The translations under genes and the position numbers were made by a program. A stretch of 64,000 nt of DNA from a virus (lineage: Duplodnaviria; Caudoviricetes): the IMG/VR virus record IMGVR_UViG_3300005077_000001, positions 128,001 through 192,000 of that record. One strand, given 5' to 3'. Of this stretch, positions 9,001 to 16,034 are shown in pieces. The notes below the pieces were generated by a model. That model was not told the origin of the DNA. It ran no database searches and saw only the letters and a list, made by a program, of their open reading frames with translations. Positions within the stretch are counted from its first letter, which is position 1; every line of letters starts with the position of its first letter.

Positions 9001-10997
9001 GTCAAGCAGAAAAGGCTAGACGAGAGTATATGGGGCTCTTAATTAGGGCACATACCCAATTTGATTCAACGGGCAGTAAAGGTTCATTCCCAGCAGGAGT
9101 ACAAAAATTATTAGATGAAGCAAAACTTAAGCAGCGTTATTATGAACGTAGAGCATCTCAATTTGAGCACAACGAAAGAGCAGTAAGAAACGGAGAAATG
9201 GTAAATGGTAAGTCTGTTACCATGGATACCCCCGGCTATATGGGAATGAATGGTGATTGGATTTATAAAGAACACCCTGATGATGCTAAACTTCGTATGG
9301 ACTGGGAAGAAAGAGATAGAATAGCTAGGAATAGATATGATCAAGAACATTTCCTTGATGGAACTAATATTTTAGGCGGGGCTCCTAATGAAACAATGAA
9401 AGAAAATGCGTATTTGATGGGGTTACCACATGATAAACAACAAGCTTTACAGCAATTAAAACAATATGGATACTCCCAAGATAAATTAAATCAGATTGGT
9501 GGAATATTACAATCAGGGAAATCGCTAAAACAGGTGGGGTTAGAAGGGTTAGCTCAGAATCAACAAGCAATTTTGGATTTTTGGAAAAATGCTAAACCTA
9601 CGAGCATGATGTCTCAAGAAGAAATAGATAGAAAACGAAATGAAGCGGAACTGACAATGCAACAATATAATGATAAATTAGGACTTTCACAAAATAACCG
9701 GGGTTGGGATGATAAGGCGTATGGAAGATACATAGCTCAAAATGCAAGACCAGAAGTTAGTCATTTGATGGTTGATTATTATAGAAAAAGGCATGGGATG
9801 ATCAATGCAAGAGAAGATTCTTTTGAAAATTCAAGAGAACAATGGGAATATCGTAGAAAAGAAGTCGGAGATTTATCTGATGAGGAGAGAAATGCAAGAG
9901 ATCAAAGGTTAAGAGAAGGAATACCTAATTCTGGAGATTTTGATAGAGATACTTGGGAAGAAACTAAACGGATGCAGGATTACTATTTTAGTAAATGGAG
10001 AAAAAACAATAAAGATAAAGCTAATTGGTTTATAAGCACCGAACAGAAAAACCCTGCTATGTTTAGAACTGGTTATATCCCTGCTCAAGAATACGATCCT
10101 ATATTTAGTAAAGGTGGTGGTTTATATTCATATTATCCGAGCCCTTATGGTAAAGGAGTTGATACTGCGGTAATGCAAAATACATACGCAAATAGAACAG
10201 GTATGATGTCTGCTAATTATGGATATACTTATAAACCTAATGCAAATGAGACAGTGACTGTTTCTCCAATGTATTGGTCTAATGAACAACAACCAGTAAA
10301 TCCAATGGGACTCCCTGACTACGGATATGTGTCTGGTGTATCAAAAGGAACTGTTGGTGAACAATGGGATCGCATGAATGCTGCCGGTGCTTTTAGAAAT
10401 GATAGTGAACGATTTGGTGCCTTAGCTGGTATATATAAACAACAAGGTTATTCAGATACCGATATAAATAAAAAAATATATGAACAATTTGGTGAAAAAG
10501 GGCTAAAGGGGCTAGAACAATCACAAGCTACAAAAGTATTTGTTACCAATTTTCCTGATGATGTTAACGAAAGAATGCGTCAAGATTTTGGTGACCTACT
10601 TAATAAAGTAGCACAAAGTATTTCTTCATTACAAGAAACAATTAGCAGTAGTCTAAAAATAGAGTTTCCTCAAGATATGAGTGTGAGAGTTAATAACTTC
10701 AATGATTTAAATTTTGGTGGAGCTGGTGCTGCGGGTAGTAATGAGAAACTGTCTGCAGATGTAGATCAAATTAGATCTGATTTAGAATTAGTTAGAGCAC
10801 AACTTCCTAATGTATCTACAGATTTCCTATCAAATATTGAGGGTACTTTAACTAATCTGACTGATTCTATTACTAGAGAAATAACGAGAGTGGATGCTTT
10901 AGAGACAGTTATAGGAAAGCTTGATGCTAAAAGTAAAGATCTAAATAACAGACAAAATGACACTGAATTATTCCCAAAAGGAGAGGCACCTTTTTAA
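3..10997 (+). CDS. Giant tape-measure-like / polyvalent virion protein (5'-truncated, >3657 aa) with zincin metallopeptidase, protein-kinase-like and nucleotidyltransferase motifs
   Basis: Frame is open from base 3 (FEQLARQL...), so the true start lies upstream. Motifs: HELFGH (1710), HEINH (3450), GAGAEG/AVK/DSHLNN/DLG (3831-4220), GGGVRD...DYD (4875-4925), HEFGE (5970). Long charged helical stretches. Lies directly upstream of baseplate-hub-like genes, the usual tape-measure position. Confidence 0.65.
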   Translation, partial: FEQLARQLYVLKETNWGLDYISYQVGMGKFPGSLERARMDESTGMLLPGLGTPGMNYTPIMESRASGYDEFGNVKYEDVPQPMQPGSRLWQEAILHPGKASYYNWLAKEEQTKALQDREDQKLEQQKGIAKQAQTSIVEALYEPSLPEGFREVLNKQRSKLEEDLRRASEIEEVGPDNILKRRGFKSLNDLKGLSDAIKNALKAEDRKLEATYIWMPIVDAIRDLHGALTGERPEGSKEEQRMRAFYNNPEQYYYSKAAQLSQHYMGQEGTSVIENTNLTNTLSSIESKPYSIPVGQYAGYQSKLGSRDTNEILKSILEVLIGCCREGKVGSGRSSGTSDTGKERSPISQDSGSASGSAGVQTFDYGTPDYQKLVPVGNTAYSVGSSTTKSSTSAGSGSVQSWVKSDGTVVGVPKTQVDAMSYLKHRGYPDEKLDDIAERYKRPLPIGDYSTDSVMMAASRAYASTGKYFRPSEAYNSDFDWRVRQEGSLLDIGISRLSDNRFLYSDIKAQMESGKGAGWLDSESRLALILAHAPSLNIGGRQTVIGESNPLSMAFVNLSKARMDQTVAHELFGHGMETLGAAELRGEQGISIGATPRVEYLSKVLELIKSQVGEAPFRTITNQLIKDPQLYPDLFKGQGKEIEDAYAAYVNRYPRGNVPTLELLKMQEKANKLPLDLSPNSSNWSRLTEYMAMFAEGENTPYGIPTETWLRVVRNVSPRHFEGVDKFLSSRFANDNLSDSELMKEYRIAINKIKSEVYTPAHLVEQKEVTQPVVSPIDKTLASIGRIPDLNWKVFSDEFKERNKIGMGDKLTKLFNNVGDSIKKVVLGDDTKVALQKFQGVVGAVEVEENKFTNDLSKALELRSNVISQVQESIGLIKSKRTPLVSSPLIRKDLIGAGPTGVELLENERQTGELVSNIIASNLSKAYQLPFTDRTRKLLSNEQIDMGYKKDLLNLTPTLPMIEENQKDEYKNKLFIPIMKSPYSELARKFSNEAQAHPEVTSEAIPLRNEVFSITKEMAGTGPTDVSLDTNEPVDYTSPAGVIPFVSTQGYQRTLPSSNLPFMMGLFRGRTNEPFKFDGGSSLLPGVDRRVMLPEIKDKYPSMLKAFTNMQSPIYHYKGIAKWNEGKPYINIYNSDKISLEEFLKRAKHEINHLVLYRLYTSLNKEERDYLKTELETTPFSKDFLPDIVDMVIKGAGGFKIGKELLAMSTERGLMSDSPILRRLQEITLSIYKKHEAELKDVHKKTMSGSSSLFDLSTAKYILEDIKSDPLKQSLGAGAEGKIYTSPKYQHLAVKEYAQPIFGYQDWLDRGNEIMQRLHGTSLFPETSLNYDDKKGVFIEIMERLHGETVHNSVGQSGFNKYEVLKDYKQKIYEMLKRKVFPVDSHLNNIFLESSSKKQKFIDLGSLDLGENVEYINEILKDIGVNQYSNYLTNDHSAKIEQSKIAIEAYAGPVVDIQKKMTAGNKKILKEISIPNLERLIPLFKNKTLKDMFQNALDTAKQYAGSPSLLKGPNDFPTFLSGLHPGMAPEQAIDAAMAANKQSIEYLGGPEKAAGFLEGFKTPLLEETQKKIRDIMRGEFGGSSSLTSHFMNSLRRMPQSYEAVKSLHSGVRNLGLQNQVNLFGGGVRDILRGETPNDYDVQVRSQEALDLLRSKMPWDLYKVNEAFDVKSYMLPTRREFLSTLVNELIKHTFLSKTVGRAQTAHQVTQDLNTLLGKDIKREVLDRFGGSSSLFDMSPDFKIDLSKPIIDIPKIPKIPRIPKTGYYPKGNLDTYYDSIFATPEEKRSISWNERFNVDSLVQGPFENLYDDIMRDKYAPRTRPSINFRNLFSAPQFRNIFSNLKDSGSVFFGGTGKAQSTQVELKTSKDIERWLRQFTEAEVMQVAQESHRLTGDLAGRQAPTQETARDYILNILNDIAQREGGKLLAGTGIAKKFLQIIAPDLTPSLFTGQTSEGSIRRGHSFGRPSATFGGGRVSITESVAGTGAEKHEFGEALSDVAIQLLHQRFETGTTSKEQLAYEDLMPLIEKSAPKTAQEIKDQMERKLAYPTEGEKFSEVLADIMGQHQEKLVGNLILKNNITPEEFMDILKPTGKESGYEEFITKEAWHKVLQERYYETPRGEGEGAMPELPRGYKLEKGVGRLGYRTAGAAESLLHVPMIGSPLSLVSAASKLTEGTRFSSPFQIAEEAMMTMRGPLGMAARFPFGMAGIFAGSALGKGQELGEKLNINPLTGTLLASPEELLNFQLFNLGSQAEFFGKTPLSKIGKPIGPTWMHGWGGNLSPELQVKRAIAEAGTLRGGAASLLKTGGSLVKGTVAMEALSPVGESIFGYINERYGKEIDEKLKGIMGEDTYKNFALTTSGIARQFSYIFSKVGEAATSVPGGELASFAISGIRTNMSRLISDRIDTKAIKSAKENIRSLEQQMQDFPTFKPFYEQQIQEKQLNIEASGRSMGDRLLERMMGQRFGEGATSTRVEDIQQRIDWMKKALAGGTLETKPSIPFDLGPLNFINDLLPKPELDDKRKWEEVIPEGARKQLLEREIKKLEAQMQTPTAIGNLPNINDFMYEKTEKIVNMRKERMDLEDELNKLIGEDPMGGQTGPARAGIRNKIADLDKRINQEVQVTDNYYKLITEAQKAQVSSTQPQILAEPAPAQLEPGTEVKPPKEKVMMPGILGDLIKHKYAPQIVALVGMIPKPKVPVKTLADTPKEEIEKALELAKSERGKAYNDYYNSQEYEKNKELMNDILNSKPGSKEWREASERYKHYTTETTSHLNLKESRVFELEKELQKRDEKATEVRKRLKDREKAISDENSEIEKKIRFISKDSRVSEYPQADYFKNRIDTTTEDIEKRRDKNRALLAEYAYNLNQPGFEANATKSEDVLNEKTWNREYGTYEPVRMPKAVPFIKPFDPYEAERAQLNMWGYTPSQLYKKTHPKERTPLRLPGMGFGVVFTAGGAREEGSGGAWDLGSSFMSDQSDYRNAGFGYPKREMDDRTIGALSQAEKARREYMGLLIRAHTQFDSTGSKGSFPAGVQKLLDEAKLKQRYYERRASQFEHNERAVRNGEMVNGKSVTMDTPGYMGMNGDWIYKEHPDDAKLRMDWEERDRIARNRYDQEHFLDGTNILGGAPNETMKENAYLMGLPHDKQQALQQLKQYGYSQDKLNQIGGILQSGKSLKQVGLEGLAQNQQAILDFWKNAKPTSMMSQEEIDRKRNEAELTMQQYNDKLGLSQNNRGWDDKAYGRYIAQNARPEVSHLMVDYYRKRHGMINAREDSFENSREQWEYRRKEVGDLSDEERNARDQRLREGIPNSGDFDRDTWEETKRMQDYYFSKWRKNNKDKANWFISTEQKNPAMFRTGYIPAQEYDPIFSKGGGLYSYYPSPYGKGVDTAVMQNTYANRTGMMSANYGYTYKPNANETVTVSPMYWSNEQQPVNPMGLPDYGYVSGVSKGTVGEQWDRMNAAGAFRNDSERFGALAGIYKQQGYSDTDINKKIYEQFGEKGLKGLEQSQATKVFVTNFPDDVNERMRQDFGDLLNKVAQSISSLQETISSSLKIEFPQDMSVRVNNFNDLNFGGAGAAGSNEKLSADVDQIRSDLELVRAQLPNVSTDFLSNIEGTLTNLTDSITREITRVDALETVIGKLDAKSKDLNNRQNDTELFPKGEAPF

Positions 10998-11009
10998 AGG
11001 AGATTTTAA

Positions 11010-13523
11010 ATGGCAACGGCAACACAAAATAATCCAGAAATATTTGGTAATCCATGTTTAACAAATAATTGGTCAAAAACTATACAAGCCTGTAGAGATT
11101 CAATGAAGTATGACAAAGACTTCATTGCTATAGATATACTTCGTACTTTTGATATATCTGTTAATATGAATTCTGTTTATGGCGATAATTCTCATGATTC
11201 ACTTAACAAAAATCAATATACTAATTTATGTCCACTAGATATTCAAACTCAAGATGCTTTTACAGTAATGAGAGCTTCTTTAGATGCTAAATTACTAAAT
11301 GGGGAATATTGGGAGGTATATTCTAATGAATTTGGTGAAGCCGAATTTGTATTAATATTGAAAGATAGTTCTCCTAATACCCATTTATGCAAATTACCTG
11401 AAATACGGTATTGTATTCCAGGTGCAAAAATGGATCAAATTACTGATTTAGTAATTGTAAGAGGGAATACTCCGATTCCTGAAATATCTTGTGGTGATAC
11501 TGAAATTATTGTATTATCAAAAGATCAACCCATAGTTGAAAATGTGTGTGAATTAGGAAATATATTTACTAAAAGACCCTTTAATTCTGCTGAATCAGCT
11601 ATAACTGCTCTTGGGGCTAAAATGGAATGGGGAATGTTAGCGGAATCAAGGGGTGGTTCGTATGTATCTCGCTCTTGTGATTTAGGTAAATTTAGGCAGT
11701 ACGGCACAATAGTATATCCAGAATATGATCGTAAGCAAGTTTTCAAAGATAACATAAGTGACCCAATAGAAATTGGTCCTTTTCAGCAGATTATAGGTTG
11801 GCTTATAGATATTGACTTTGGTAATTTTACATCTGAAGAATTACAACTGTACTATAATGTTAATTTCACTTCTGGTGCTACCGAAATACCTGTTAGGTTA
11901 AAAGATAGTGGACCTTTGGTAGGAAGTGTCTCTGCTCATGAACTTGAAAACTATTTTCCGTTAGAATGTGATTTATCTGTTTTAAATATGAATAGGGCTT
12001 GCATGACCCCTCAAGAATTATTAAAAGCTCATTTTGATGCTTATACACAATTGCAGGGGTGCTCTAACCCCCGTCAGGCTATATTACAAGGGGGTGGTAT
12101 TACTGGATACAATGGTGGGTACATAGTCCCTAATATGTATCAGTATGGTAAAATCCAATCTTGTTTAGATTTTAGTGATGCAAATAGATGGGGCTATCTA
12201 GGTTTTACGGAAAAATGTGGGGGAGACCCTGTTGAAAACATATACCAAAGTACAACACAGATAATAGCTACTGGATTTCCGTTGCGTAGTTGGTACTATG
12301 TGCATTCTTCTGCAGGTCAAGATCAGTATTTTTTTGGTATTCAAACTGAACACCAAACTATCCAATTAACAGAAGGGGAGCATTGGGTTGAGTTATCAGA
12401 GTTTCCTGGTTTGTATACATCTTTAGGTAAGGGAGCTTTTAGATACTATGGGTTAAGATTTAAAGCCCCACCCTCAGCTACTTATAGAGTTACTTATTCT
12501 AATGAGCATACTCCTAATACAGGCGGTTCTTTTGCTGCTGGAGGAGGTACTGATATGGGATGGCAAAATCCGTTTCATGCTTATTTAGGTATGTTTATAC
12601 GTTCTGGTATTGATATGCAAGATTTATCTATATTTTATCAACATGTTGCAGGTAATTATAGTGCTTATTATTTTACTGAGGGATGTTGGAACTACACCCC
12701 AGGAGGTTACCTAGCAGGAATAAACGATGGGTTATGGACTATAGATGAAGGTAGTTTATATGCTAAAGTAAATGTATCAAGACCTGGGATTCAGATTAGA
12801 ACAGCTGGAAAAGATGTAAGACCTTTATTGGAAGCCATTTCGATGAAAGTAAAACCTATTTTTCAAAATACCATGCAACAACCAGTTGCAGCTTGTGGTA
12901 ATAATTTTTGTCAAATAATAGATCCAGAAACTGGTTTATACGATAATGTATGGTGTACTAGAGAAGAACTAGATAGTGATGCAGAAAAATTAAGAGATGC
13001 TATGACTGGTATTACCTTAGAAGTAAACATCACTGCTTTATTCCCAACAGATACATCTTTAAATGGGTATAGAACTGCTGCGGAAGAATGTTTAAAAGTA
13101 GCACAAAATTTATATAATTATTATAATACTTTTAGAAATGAACCATATAAAGGATATACTTATATATGTGGTCCTCCTACAAATAAAGATGAAATACCAA
13201 GATTAGGTAAATGTGTGAGTACTCCTCATGGTATAAGAACTATAAATACGATCAATTATAATTATCAAGATGGTCAATCTTATACATTAAATATTGAAGC
13301 AGGCCCAGCAATGTTTTCTGCACAAGGTGTAGGTCAGCTATATAAAAAGCAAGTAGAAAATGTTACTATAACAGGTAGAGTGGAACAAGTATTAGATGGG
13401 GCTTTATATAAAGTTAATATCCCTAGATATGGAATAATTACAGCTTGGAATGCTGCTAAATGGCCGTGGGAAGTAGGGGATCAAGTACAAGTTGAACTAT
13501 ACAATGTTCCAAAGGAGGCTTAA
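11010..13523 (+). CDS. Putative tail/baseplate structural protein (837 aa)
   Basis: AAGGAG RBS upstream. Position between the TMP-like gene and the hub-like gene. C-terminus (ITGRVEQVLDGALYKVNI...WEVGDQVQV) resembles an OB-fold. Confidence 0.45.
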   Translation: MATATQNNPEIFGNPCLTNNWSKTIQACRDSMKYDKDFIAIDILRTFDISVNMNSVYGDNSHDSLNKNQYTNLCPLDIQTQDAFTVMRASLDAKLLNGEYWEVYSNEFGEAEFVLILKDSSPNTHLCKLPEIRYCIPGAKMDQITDLVIVRGNTPIPEISCGDTEIIVLSKDQPIVENVCELGNIFTKRPFNSAESAITALGAKMEWGMLAESRGGSYVSRSCDLGKFRQYGTIVYPEYDRKQVFKDNISDPIEIGPFQQIIGWLIDIDFGNFTSEELQLYYNVNFTSGATEIPVRLKDSGPLVGSVSAHELENYFPLECDLSVLNMNRACMTPQELLKAHFDAYTQLQGCSNPRQAILQGGGITGYNGGYIVPNMYQYGKIQSCLDFSDANRWGYLGFTEKCGGDPVENIYQSTTQIIATGFPLRSWYYVHSSAGQDQYFFGIQTEHQTIQLTEGEHWVELSEFPGLYTSLGKGAFRYYGLRFKAPPSATYRVTYSNEHTPNTGGSFAAGGGTDMGWQNPFHAYLGMFIRSGIDMQDLSIFYQHVAGNYSAYYFTEGCWNYTPGGYLAGINDGLWTIDEGSLYAKVNVSRPGIQIRTAGKDVRPLLEAISMKVKPIFQNTMQQPVAACGNNFCQIIDPETGLYDNVWCTREELDSDAEKLRDAMTGITLEVNITALFPTDTSLNGYRTAAEECLKVAQNLYNYYNTFRNEPYKGYTYICGPPTNKDEIPRLGKCVSTPHGIRTINTINYNYQDGQSYTLNIEAGPAMFSAQGVGQLYKKQVENVTITGRVEQVLDGALYKVNIPRYGIITAWNAAKWPWEVGDQVQVELYNVPKEA

Positions 13524-13703
13524 GTCATATTGACTAGCTTAAATCTTAATTGACTACGTTATTCAGGTTACAACACCTTGGGATGCTCCTCAAGTTCCAA
13601 GCTCTGTTGCTGTAAATTAAACAGTTCTAAGGAACAGTGTTTACAGTGTAAAAAGCCTCTATAACATTAGCGATGAGGCCCTAACCCGAAAGGAGAACGA
13701 AAC
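13524..13703 (+). ncRNA. IscB omega RNA scaffold
   Basis: Starts GTCA..TTGAC..CTACGTT directly upstream of IscB. Stem CTTGGGA(13577-83)/TTCCAAG(13595-601), whose loop CCTCA (13588-92) is complementary to TGAGG (13674-78), the conserved pseudoknot. Stem CTGTAAA(13610-16)/TTTACAG(13640-46). GTTAT/ATAAC long-range pairing. All match known omega RNA layout. Confidence 0.85.
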
Positions 13704-14927
13704 TTGAGAGTATTCGTTAAAAATCAAAGAAATAAACCATTAATGCCAACAACTCCGGCAAAAGCTAGAATTTTGCTAAAGCAAGGAAAAGCAAAGGTTG
13801 TAAAAAGAACCCCATTTACAATTCAATTACTTTATCCAACCGGAGAAACTAAACAAGAAATTACTTTAGGAGTAGATACTGGGTACAAATTCATTGGGCT
13901 TTCAGCAGTTTCTAAAAAAGAAGAATTATTTTCAGCTCAAGTAGAATTAAGAACAGATATTTCTAAATTACTTAAAGAGAGAAGAATGTATCGAAGGGCT
14001 AGAAGAGAAAGAAAAACTCGGTATCGTAAACCTAGATTTCTTAATCGTGCAAATGCAAGAAAAAAAGGACGATTGATGCCTTCAGTTCAACATAAATTAG
14101 ATTCTCATATCAAACTCGTGAACAAAGTTTCTGAATTATTACCTATTTCAAAAGTTCGAATGGAAATTGCAGCCTTTGACATTCAGAAAATAAAAAATCC
14201 TGAAATAAAAGGAAAAGGATATCAGAACGGAGAACAGAAAGGGTTTAGTAACACCAGAGAGTATGTTTTGTACAGAGACAGCCATAAATGTCAACTTTGT
14301 AAAGGAAAATCAAAAGACAAGATTTTGAATGTGCATCACATAATTTCAAGAATCGAGGGAGGAACTAACCAGCCCGACAACTTAATTACGTTGTGTAAAA
14401 CTTGTCACAGTGAATTTCATAAAGGCATAGTAGAATTAAAAGCAAAACCTAAAAAGAGTTTCAAAGCAGAAACTTTAATGTCTATAATAAGATGGAGAAT
14501 AATTGACCAACTTAAAGCACTGTATATAGATGTTGAAACTACTTACGGCTATGAAACCAAAGAAAAAAGACTAGAATCAGGGATAGAAAAATCTCACATT
14601 AACGATGCTTTTGTTATAGCAAACGGTTCAATACAGAAAAGGAATCAATCGTACCTAATAAAGCAAGTGCGAAAGCAAAATCGTAAACTATTTAAAGGAG
14701 CTAGGAGTCATATTAGAAATACTGCTCCACGATTTTTATTCGGATTTCAGAGATTTGATAAGGTGCTTTTTGAAGGAAATGAGTATTTCATATATGGTAG
14801 ACGAGTAATAGGTAGATTCAAGTTATTTTCTTTAGAATCTGGGATAATAAAAGAAGAACCTAGTTATAAAAGATTAAAATTACTTGAAACAAAAAATACG
14901 TTTGTTATTAATTTAATAAATAGATAA
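13704..14927 (+). CDS. iscB: IscB RNA-guided endonuclease (PLMP/RRXRR + split RuvC + HNH)
   Basis: N-terminal PLMP motif, RuvC-I LGVDTG, Arg-rich bridge helix RRMYRRARR, RuvC-II MEIAAFD, HNH CQLC...VHHI...GGTN..DNLITLCKTCH, RuvC-III SHINDA. TTG start after AGGAG. Confidence 0.93.
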   Translation: MRVFVKNQRNKPLMPTTPAKARILLKQGKAKVVKRTPFTIQLLYPTGETKQEITLGVDTGYKFIGLSAVSKKEELFSAQVELRTDISKLLKERRMYRRARRERKTRYRKPRFLNRANARKKGRLMPSVQHKLDSHIKLVNKVSELLPISKVRMEIAAFDIQKIKNPEIKGKGYQNGEQKGFSNTREYVLYRDSHKCQLCKGKSKDKILNVHHIISRIEGGTNQPDNLITLCKTCHSEFHKGIVELKAKPKKSFKAETLMSIIRWRIIDQLKALYIDVETTYGYETKEKRLESGIEKSHINDAFVIANGSIQKRNQSYLIKQVRKQNRKLFKGARSHIRNTAPRFLFGFQRFDKVLFEGNEYFIYGRRVIGRFKLFSLESGIIKEEPSYKRLKLLETKNTFVINLINR

Positions 14928-14953
14928 CTATACTTAAAAAAGGAATTACAAGG

Positions 14954-16033
14954 ATGACTGATTGCCCAACTCTAAGATTAGATTTAATACGAGCAAGAAT
15001 AGAAGTTGCTGGTATGAGTTTTGGAACTCCAGGATGTGGATACGATACTCATGGGTATATTAACTCTTTTAGTTTAAACCAAAGTAGAGGTCAAGTAATT
15101 TCTACTTTAAATTGTCAACTAGAAATTTGGATTAGAAATCCTATTTCTAGCATAATAAATACTTCTGATGGATTAGGACCTACATTAACTTTGTGGGCTG
15201 GAGTAGAAGGGGGAATGCCTCAAATATTTACTGGATATGTAAAATCTGTCAAAGGAGATCCGCATTTTAATGATTCGAGAAAATATTATTTATCTATAAC
15301 TGCTGAAGATGTTTTTACAAAAATGCGTAATAAAAAGTATAGTAGAAGATTTAAAACTTCTGATTCTGCATATGCATTAATTAGAGGAGGTCAAAGAAAA
15401 GGTGGTGGTAGAATGACACAATTACGTAGAGTTCCCACTAAAGCTATACGATATAAGCAGGTTGCTGGTACTGTTCAGGATACCCATTCCCCATTACAAG
15501 CTACCCCAGACCCGAAAGGATGGACTCCTAATGGTAGAAATCCACAATCAGATACAGTAAAAGATAGATTAGCAGGTCAGTATGTTTATACTTTTCATCC
15601 AAGCACCGTATCCTTATTACCTGGGCAAAGTGCCATATTAACTTTGTACGATGAAGAAGGGAATCCGCGACTAGTAGGTTTACAAAAAGATAATCGAGGA
15701 GATTTTGCTGTTACAATAGACGATAATAGAAGATGCTCTTGCTTTGTTAATCCAAATAACTATGGTACTACTAATAGTAGTAATGTTGATGCAGCTTCTG
15801 GAACAGCTAAACCAGGAGAATTAAGAGTTATTACCTCAGAGATGTCAGATGTGTATTCCGATGAAACAAGAGGAAGGTTCATAATCACAATGAGAGATTG
15901 GTATCCTTTTAGAGGGGTTTTCGTAGACCCAGCAACTAAGGCACTTGCTAAAATAGATGCCATGACTGTTGCTCCACATGGACACGATAACTTAGCAACT
16001 GGTGGTCCCGCAGGAGGTATAGTAGCATATTAA
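14954..16033 (+). CDS. Baseplate hub-like protein (gpD/gp27-like fold)
   Basis: Motifs LTLWAG...QIFTGYVKSV and YLSITAEDV resemble hub proteins. Structural operon context. Confidence 0.55.
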   Translation: MTDCPTLRLDLIRARIEVAGMSFGTPGCGYDTHGYINSFSLNQSRGQVISTLNCQLEIWIRNPISSIINTSDGLGPTLTLWAGVEGGMPQIFTGYVKSVKGDPHFNDSRKYYLSITAEDVFTKMRNKKYSRRFKTSDSAYALIRGGQRKGGGRMTQLRRVPTKAIRYKQVAGTVQDTHSPLQATPDPKGWTPNGRNPQSDTVKDRLAGQYVYTFHPSTVSLLPGQSAILTLYDEEGNPRLVGLQKDNRGDFAVTIDDNRRCSCFVNPNNYGTTNSSNVDAASGTAKPGELRVITSEMSDVYSDETRGRFIITMRDWYPFRGVFVDPATKALAKIDAMTVAPHGHDNLATGGPAGGIVAY

Positions 16034-16034
16034 A

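Larger units (their letters stand above)
13524..14953 (+). mobile_element. IS200/IS605-derived IscB (ISC/OMEGA) element, non-autonomous, no TnpA
   Basis: omega RNA plus iscB sit between the stop of the upstream gene (13523) and the ATG of the downstream gene (14954). The right boundary is inferred. Confidence 0.7.

Noticed and set aside
10971-10987. TTCCCAAAAGGAGAGGC resembling the IscB guide (possible self-target)
   Set aside because: Needs several indels and has no ATGA directly 3'. The similarity is explained by shared RBS-like sequence.
13524-14927. CRISPR-Cas9 locus
   Set aside because: The 407-aa PLMP-containing protein is IscB. No repeat-spacer array or cas1/cas2 was seen in the window.
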